Below are positions 58,394 through 64,000 of a stretch of DNA of 64,000 nt, in pieces; the stretch's first letter is position 1, and every line of letters starts with the position of its first letter. Location: positions 6,165 to 70,164 of the forward strand of contig CAVOKZ010000020.1 of the NCBI GenBank assembly GCA_963696625.1. The letters run 5' to 3'. This stretch comes from an uncultured Solirubrobacterales bacterium. GTDB lineage: Bacteria; Actinomycetota; Thermoleophilia; Solirubrobacterales; 70-9. Both the position numbers and the translations under genes were made by a program. The notes below the pieces were generated by a model that saw only the letters and a program-made list of their open reading frames with translations, was not told where the DNA came from and did no database searches.

Positions 58394-58896
58394 AGCTTGG
58401 AGCCACCCTGCTGCGCCTAGTCGTCGGCGGGCTGTTCGTCGGACACGGCCTGCAAAAGCTGACCGGACACTTCGGCGGCGCGGGCCTCACTGCGACTGGC
58501 GAGGCGTTCGAGTCGATGGGCCTGCGGCCTGGCCGCACCAACGCTCTCGCCGCCGGGGCCGCCGAGGCGAGCGGAGGCGCACTGCTCGCGGCGGGCGCCT
58601 GCACTCCCCTCGCCGGGGCGGCGCTGACGGCGACGATGGTCACCGCGATCCAGACCGTGCACGGTCCAAAAGGCCCGTGGCTGAGCGATGGGGGCTACGA
58701 GTACAACCTGGTGCTGATCGCGGCCGTCTTCATGCTCACCGACGCCGGTCCCGGAGACTGGTCGCTCGACGGCGCGGTCGGACGCGGGCGCTGGGGTGCG
58801 GGCTGGGCCCTGGGCCAGCTCGCGGCGGGCCTGGCCGGCTCCGCCGCGGCGTTGGCGCGCGCACGCCGAGCACCGAGCGGGCAAGCAACCACGTAG
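58390..58896 (+). CDS. DoxX-family membrane protein
   Basis: LLRLVVGGLFVGHGLQKL...; four TMs; the start overlaps the upstream stop. Confidence 0.8.
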   Translation: MKLGATLLRLVVGGLFVGHGLQKLTGHFGGAGLTATGEAFESMGLRPGRTNALAAGAAEASGGALLAAGACTPLAGAALTATMVTAIQTVHGPKGPWLSDGGYEYNLVLIAAVFMLTDAGPGDWSLDGAVGRGRWGAGWALGQLAAGLAGSAAALARARRAPSGQATT

Positions 58897-59138
58897 CGAT
58901 TCATCTCGGCGCAGATCTCGGTCGCGCAAGGCGCGTCGAACTGGGCGCTCAAAAAAAATGTGGGTCAGGCTCGGGCGCGGCTGCGCGCGCGACATCGGCC
59001 CATCCTCTCGCAACGGCTCGAGCCTCCAAGATTCCCGCTGCCGTGTCGCGCTGGAGTTCAACCGATCAACCATCGACTGCCTCCGGCGCAGCTGATGTGA
59101 AGCCGGCCTGGAGCTGGCCGCTCGGGCGCCGTGATCCC

Positions 59139-59570
59139 TCAGACCGGAGCGCCGTTGGCCGTCAGGTTCACCTCGATGTTGCCCCGCGTCGCGTTCGAGT
59201 ACGGGCACACCTTGTGTGCCTCGCGGACCAGTTCGACGGCGGCATCGTCCTCGACCGAAGGCAGGGTCACATCGAGCTCGACCGAGAGGACGAAGGTGCG
59301 CTCAGGGCCCGGGCTGAGCGAGACCTTGGCGTCGATCGCGACGTCACCGATCTCCTGCTTCACGCGCCGCGCGACGGCGCCGAGCGCGCCCTCGAAGCAG
59401 GCCGCATAGCCGACCGCGAAGAGCTGCTCGGGATTGGTGCCGCCGCCCTGGCCCCCCATCTCGGTCGGGAGCCGCAGTTCCACCTCGAGCGCCCCGTCGC
59501 TGCTCTTGCCGTGTCCCTCGGCGCGCCCTCCGGTGACATGCGCCTCGGCGGTGTAGATGACCTTGCTCAT
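59139..59570 (-). CDS. ohr: organic hydroperoxide resistance protein (Ohr/OsmC family)
   Basis: ATG 59570 preceded by CAGGAGG. TNPEQLFAVGYAACF...EAHKVCPYSNA (two conserved Cys). Confidence 0.9.
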   Translation of the reverse strand: MSKVIYTAEAHVTGGRAEGHGKSSDGALEVELRLPTEMGGQGGGTNPEQLFAVGYAACFEGALGAVARRVKQEIGDVAIDAKVSLSPGPERTFVLSVELDVTLPSVEDDAAVELVREAHKVCPYSNATRGNIEVNLTANGAPV

Positions 59571-59664
59571 CGGAATCCTCCTGTAGGGCGAAGTGGTTGT
59601 GCTACAGACCTTACGGAGGTGAGATCGGCGGCCATCGCCGCGGCCTCGCCGGGCATCGGCACCT

Positions 59665-59719
59665 ACGCCATGTGGGGTCATACGCCATGTGGGGTCAGGT
59701 CTTGCATCCGACATTCGGG
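59665..59719 (+). repeat. second locus of the 35-nt repeat, preceded by a 16-nt duplication
   Basis: ACGCCATGTGGGGTCA T ACGCCATGTGGGGTCA GGTCTTGCATCCGACATTCGGG. 59685-59719 equals 28698-28732. Confidence 0.7.
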
Positions 59720-59910
59720 CGCCCCGCTGTGTACGAAGGCCACGACGGGATCAGAGACTTCTACGCCGAGGTGATGGAGGCGCGGCAGCGGTCTCGAGCT
59801 CGACCGGCGCAGCGCGATGGTCGGGCACATCGACGACGGCAAGGCGCTCTCCGTCGTCTTCTTCCGCGATCCTGATGCCGCTCTCGCGACTACCGGCGGC
59901 AACGACGACT
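59718..59910 (+). pseudogene. 5'-truncated, frameshifted fragment of a SnoaL/NTF2-like gene
   Basis: ...PAVYEGHDGIRDFYAEVMEA then, in another frame, LELDRRSAMVGHIDDGKALSVVFFRDPDAALA. Begins at the repeat. Confidence 0.4.
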
Positions 59911-59932
59911 GAGGAGGCACACATGACCAGAG

Positions 59933-60282
59933 AGGCCCCAACCGATTCCGGGCAGACTGCCACCGCTCGTAGGGCGCTCGAGGACGTCTGCTCCGGCAGG
60001 CACCTGGAGCAGATCCCCGACGTCTACCACCCGGAGTTCGTCGATCACGTCAATGCCCTCGAGTACCGGGGCCACGACGGGGCTCGCCGCTCAGTGGCGC
60101 GCTACTTGGAGCTGTTTCCCGACCCTCTCACTTGCCTGGACCGTAGTGCTGGGCGCCGCCGCGATGCTGGTCCTGCGCCGGGCGCTCGGCAGGCGAGGGC
60201 AGTGACCGAGAGGCTGATCGCGGCCGCCCGGCGACTGCTCGAGGCAGCGGTCGCGATGATCGATACTGGTTGCTATGGCTGA
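59933..60282 (+). CDS. SnoaL-like (ester cyclase-type) protein, probably degenerate after ~60 aa
   Basis: [50 protein letters not shown], then low-complexity Arg/Ala sequence. Confidence 0.35.
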
Positions 60283-61641
60283 GATCCTGGTCACGCTCGC
60301 CGGCGCCGCTCTGATCGCGGCCCTGGCCTGGTTCTTCTTCGGCTCTCGCGCCGCGCGCGCAGTCGAGCTTCGCGGCAACCGTCAGGAGCTCGAGATTACG
60401 GTCAAGGGCGGCTACAGCCCGAACCTTATCCGCGCCCGCCAGGGCGTACCGCTGCGTCTCGTCTTCGATCGCCAGGAGTCGGGCGATTGCACCTCGCGCG
60501 TCGTCTTCCCGGACCTCGGGATAAGCCGCTCGTTGGCGCCCTTTGCCCGCACCACGGTCGACTTCACGCCTGATCACAGCGGCGAGTTCGACTTCGCCTG
60601 CGGCATGAACATGGTCCACGGCACGCTTTTGGTCGAGCCCGATCGCGCCATCGGCAGCGGGGCCGCACCGGGCGACGGCGCCGCCATCTCCGCCGACGCC
60701 GCCCCGCAGGGCGTCGCCGAGGCAGTCGGGGTTGGGCCAACGCGTGGGGTCGCCGAGGCGGCCGAGGTCGAGCTCGCGCTTCGGCCCGGTGGCATCAGCT
60801 GCGCTTCCTGTGTGGGGACGATCGAGTCGGCGCTGCTGGCCCTGCCGGGGGTCGACCGGGCGGCGGTGAACATGGGCACCGAGCGGGTGACCGTCGATTA
60901 CGATCCGGAGCAGGTCACGGTGCAGGACCTGGGCGGGGCGATCACCGGCGCCGGCTACCGGCTGCTCGAGGACGGAGAGGCGGTGGGAAAGGGGGAGGAC
61001 CCGGGTGACGCAGAGGCCGCGGCGAGGCGCGGGGAGATCTCCGACCTGACCCGCCGCGTCACCCTCGGGGCCGTGCTGACGGCGCCGGTGTTGTTCGCGG
61101 TAATGGCCACTGACGTCTTCGGCGTCAGCTGGGTGCCTGACATCCTGCTCAACCGTTGGGTCCAGCTCGCGCTGATCACCCCGGTGATGCTCTACACGGG
61201 CTGGCCGATCCACCGCACCGGATGGCTCAGCCTGCGTCACCGGAGCGCCGACATGAACACCCTGATCACGATTGGCTCGACCGCCGCGTTCAGCTACAGC
61301 CTCTTCGTGACCCTCTTCCCCGGCCTCTTGCCCAGCGACCTGCGCGATGTCTACTACGAGGCGGTCGGCACGATCCTCACGCTGATCCTGCTCGGCAGGC
61401 TGCTCGAGGTCCGCGCCAAGGCGGGGACCGGCGAGGCGATCCGTCAGCTGATCGGCCTCCAGGCCAAGACCGCGCGCATCATCCGCCACGGTGCCGAGCA
61501 GGAGATCCCCGTGGAGGAGGTCGCCCCGGGAGATATCGTTGCGGTCCGCCCCGGCGAGAAGGTCCCGGTTGACGGTGAGCTGACCGAGGGACGCTCGACG
61601 CTGGATGAGTCGATGGTCACCGGGGAGTCACTGCCGGTCAC
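60275..61641 (+). CDS. copA: copper-translocating P1B-type ATPase, N-terminal 455 aa only (TM, cupredoxin-like domain, HMA domain, TMs, start of actuator domain); cut off at an adapter junction
   Basis: Cupredoxin-like [19 protein letters not shown]; [17 protein letters not shown]; ...[13 protein letters not shown]...[12 protein letters not shown]. The final TAIRN* codons of the tracked ORF are adapter sequence. Confidence 0.8.
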
Positions 61642-61657
61642 AGCAATACGTAACTGA
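61642..61657 (+). other. Oxford Nanopore ligation-adapter remnant (Y-bottom GCAATACGTAACTGAACGAAGT, first 15 nt exact)
   Basis: AGCAATACGTAACTGA directly abuts the truncated copA. Confidence 0.8.
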
Positions 61658-61872
61658 GCCAAGGCGCAGAAACATGGCGGCGAAGCGCACGCCGTCGAAG
61701 CGCGACAGGTTCGGCCAAGGCTTCGGCGGGCGCGATCACATAGTAGGCGGGCACTGCGAGTCCGGAATGAGGCAGGCTGATGGCCACCAGACGGGCGCCC
61801 TGGCGCACGAATTCGGCGAGCGCCTCGCGTACCGCGCGCTCGGTGCCGGGGTTGAGGCCGGCGCCGAAATAT
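61658..61872 (-). other. fragment of a GatA/amidase-type gene (read-quality sequence)
   Basis: [47 protein letters not shown]. Confidence 0.5.
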
Positions 61873-61935
61873 AGCAATACGCTGAACGAAGTAAAAAAAA
61901 AAAAAAAAAAAAAAAGGTTATTGCTTGATGACGCC
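61873..61935 (+). other. reverse complement of the full ONT Y-adapter top strand, including its poly(T) leader (seen as 23 A)
   Basis: AGCAATACG-CTGAACGAAGTA-A23-GGTTATTGCTTGATGACGCC versus the expected AGCAATACGTAACTGAACGAAGTACATT-A10-GGTTAAACACCCAAGCAGACGCC. Confidence 0.8.
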
Positions 61936-62169
61936 GGCGTGCGGGCCGGCGTTTGCCGGGACGGGTTGTGCGATTCGCGGAGAAGGGTCGAGCAGCATGA
62001 ACCGCGTGGAGTGCAATGGGCGTTCCGTGACGCGTCGCATGAATGTCGCCGTCTTGGACGCCTCGACGACGCACCGTCTGCACCCTGCGCATCGTTTGCG
62101 CCGAGCGACCGACTCCGCGCGACCGACGCCGATTCCCCTGCCCGGCGACGGTCCCGACGCGCCGCTCCT

Positions 62170-62195
62170 AGCAAGACCAACCTGAACGAAGACAT
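62170..62195 (+). other. degraded ONT adapter-like junction
   Basis: AGCAAGACCAACCTGAACGAAGACAT. Confidence 0.55.
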
Positions 62196-62196
62196 G

Positions 62197-62400
62197 GCCG
62201 TGCAGATGCTGACGGCGCTTCACGGTCGCCCTGATCCTGATCCAGCACGGCAAGGGCGCCGACATGGGCGCGGCTTTCGCAGCGGCAGCTCGGCAGCAGC
62301 AGCCTGTTCGGCGAGCGGCAGCGCCAACTTCTGTCGCGCACCACCGCCGTGCTGGCGGCCGTGTTCTTCGCGGCGACCTTGCTGCGGCCTATTTCGGCAA
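62197..62400 (+). other. error-rich fragment of a secG-like gene
   Basis: Across frames: ...LIQHGKGADMGAAFRSGSS...LFGERQRQLLSRTTAVLAAVFFAATLL... Confidence 0.45.
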
Positions 62401-62539
62401 CCTGCGCGCGCCGGAGGGGCAGCGTGCTGGGTAGCGGGCCGCGACGATGGCACCGGCGCCGGCGGCGGCCGCGTCCGGTGCCGCCGCGCAGATCCCCCGG
62501 AGCATGTAACGAACGGTGCCGCAGAAGCATCGCCACGTA

Positions 62540-63093
62540 TTGCTGTCACTGGAGCTTCCAGCGGTATCGATGAGGAGCCCGAGGTCGCGATGTCGCTGCC
62601 GCTCGGCGCGGGCCGGATGACCCGAGAGTGGCTCTCTGAGGATCCGCCGGGCCGCCGGCGGGTGGCGATGCTGCGGGACTGGCTGTCCACCGAGCTGTCC
62701 GAGTCCGGTGCGGTGATGCAGGCGGCGGGCACGCCGGATCTGGCGGTCGCGACCTCGAAGACGTTCCGTTCGCTGGCCAGGCTCACCGGGGCGGCCCCTT
62801 CGGGCGAGGGACCCCGGGTGAAGCGGACGCTGACCGCAACCGGTCTCCGACAGCTGATTGCGTTCATCTCTAGGATGACAACGGCCGACAGAGCAGAGTT
62901 GGAAGGGGTGAGTGCCGAATGGGCGCCACAGATCGTGGCGGGCGCATTGGTAGCTGAGGCGAGCATGCGGGCGTTAGGTGTCGAGACGGTACGGATTTGT
63001 CCCTGGGCGTTGCGGGAAGGCCTGATTCTCCGGAAACTCGACAGTGAAGCGGACGGAACCGCCCTGGTCGAGACCACCCCTGCCACTCTCTGA
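62540..63093 (+). other. 3' fragment of a Ppx/GppA-family phosphatase gene
   Basis: SLPLGAGRMTREWLSEDPP...LAVATSKTFRSLARLTG...ELEGVSAEWAPQIVAGALVAEASMRALGVETVRICPWALREGLIL. Confidence 0.55.
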
Positions 63094-63146
63094 GGGGAAG
63101 AACGAACGCAGAACCGAACGAGAACACCGCAATCCGGCCGATATCC

Positions 63147-63772
63147 GTGGCGGAGCTGCTCGCCAGGAACGGATCGATCGGATCCCCCGGCGCCGAGCGG
63201 TCCCCGGCCTGCTGGCCAACACCTTCGCCTGGCCCTGGGGGTGGGGCTGGGGGTCACCCTGCTGGGGGTGAGCCTGGCCTGGCTCACCGCCGCCTGCGAC
63301 TTTCCCGGGGGCGGCGTTTCTTTTCCTGGGCGCTGCTGCTGCCCCTGGCGGTTCCCGCCTACGTCACCGCCTTCGTCTACGTGGCCCTGCTGGATTTCAC
63401 CGGGCCGGTGCAGACCTGGCTGCGGAGGTGGCCGGCGGGCCGGTGGCCGTTCCCCCCATCCGTTCGGCGGCGGGGTGATCGGGGTGATGAAGCCTTGCCC
63501 TCTATCGACGTCTATCTCCTGGCCCGCAACGCCTTCCTCACCCAGGGCTGCGGGCCCTGGAGGCGGCCCAGTCCCTGGGCTACGGCCGGGTGGCCGGCTT
63601 CTTCAAGGGTCTCCGGCCCTGCCCATGGCGCGGCCCTGGATCATGGGGGGGCTGATGCTGGCCCTGATGGAAACCCTGGCGGACTTCGGCACCGTGGCGG
63701 TGTTCAACTACGACACCTTCACCACCGCCATCTACAAGACCTGGTTGGCTCGTTCCTCCAGGGGGCGTCCCA
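63147..63772 (+). other. multiply frameshifted fragment of an iron/thiamine-type ABC transporter permease gene
   Basis: ...FSWALLLPLAVPAYVTAFVYVALLDFTGPVQTWL...; ...[40 protein letters not shown]. Confidence 0.5.
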
Positions 63773-63775
63773 GCT

Positions 63776-63814
63776 AGCAAGACCGACCTGAACGAAGTAA
63801 AAGAACAAAAACAT
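63776..63814 (+). other. degraded ONT adapter-like junction
   Basis: AGCAAGACCGACCTGAACGAAGTAAAAGAACAAAAACAT. Same core as 62170 and 61873. Confidence 0.55.
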
Positions 63815-63827
63815 GTCCAGGTCGCCG

Positions 63828-64000
63828 AAGAACGGCGTGTGGCGCCCGCCCTCTTCCTTGCTCAGCACGTAGACTCGCCGCGTCGACTTCGTGTGCGGCG
63901 TGATCGAGCCCGGCTTCGCGATCACCTGCCCGCGCTCGATGCCTCGTCCTTGTCCTCCGCGCACACACCCACGTTGTCCCCTCGCCCGCCCCTCGTCCAG
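63828..64000 (-). other. tuf: fragment of an elongation factor Tu gene
   Basis: [38 protein letters not shown]. Confidence 0.6.

Noticed and set aside
61893-61915. 23-nt poly(A) as a retroelement tail, eukaryotic contamination or regulatory tract
   Set aside because: It sits between the two halves of a recognisable ONT adapter (reverse complement of the T-leader), so it is technical.
61638-63287. Large ORFs in the terminal region (61638-62195 minus, 61780-63093 plus, 62220-63287 minus)
   Set aside because: They run across adapter junctions and stitch together unrelated fragments, so they are not genes.

Overview
High-GC (about 70% by eye) Actinomycetota-type chromosomal segment, apparently from an unpolished long-read assembly. 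No searches or computations were run; all calls come from reading the ORF translations and the DNA.

(1) 1-24.7 kb is conserved core. It carries recN-steA-mctB-like-pyrG-NUDIX-xerD (the same order as mycobacterial Rv1696-Rv1701), then mutM, a DmpA-like peptidase, recO, dgt-dnaG-tRNA-Asn, and a small glycosyltransferase/reductase cluster. An ~80-nt REP-like element sits at four gene boundaries.

(2) 24.7-32.3 kb is an accessory island starting at tRNA-Met(CAT). It contains a translationally coupled GHKL/Hsp90-like ATPase plus an unknown 241-aa partner, which is the best candidate here for an undescribed conflict/defence module. It also holds an IS256 transposase remnant, several toxin-antitoxin-like pairs, and a 732-bp inverted repeat flanking a mazEF-like pair and a tRNA-Met 3'-half pseudo-copy. 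No integrase is present.

(3) 32.7-44.1 kb holds prfC, a merR-type regulator, rnj and an atypical tRNA-Gly(CCC). It also holds secreted cell-wall hydrolase genes behind two ydaO-type (c-di-AMP) riboswitch-like leaders, and two more tRNA-Met 3'-half repeat units.

(4) 44.1-61.6 kb is a redox/thiol-stress neighbourhood. It includes a SigR/RsrA-like ECF sigma/ZAS anti-sigma pair divergent from a coupled trxA-radical SAM-methyltransferase-SRPBCC operon. It also has DsbA-like proteins, DoxX, Ohr, an LLM oxidoreductase, and a 3'-truncated copper P-type ATPase.

(5) From 61,642 to the end the sequence is not a genome. It is a chain of unrelated, error-rich gene fragments (gatA, secG, ppx, ABC permease, tuf) joined by Oxford Nanopore adapter remnants, including the 23-nt poly(A).

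Nine frame-breaking indels (eight of 1 nt, one of 7 bp) occur in otherwise intact conserved genes, including essential dnaG. Given the adapter evidence, they are most simply read as consensus errors rather than biology.
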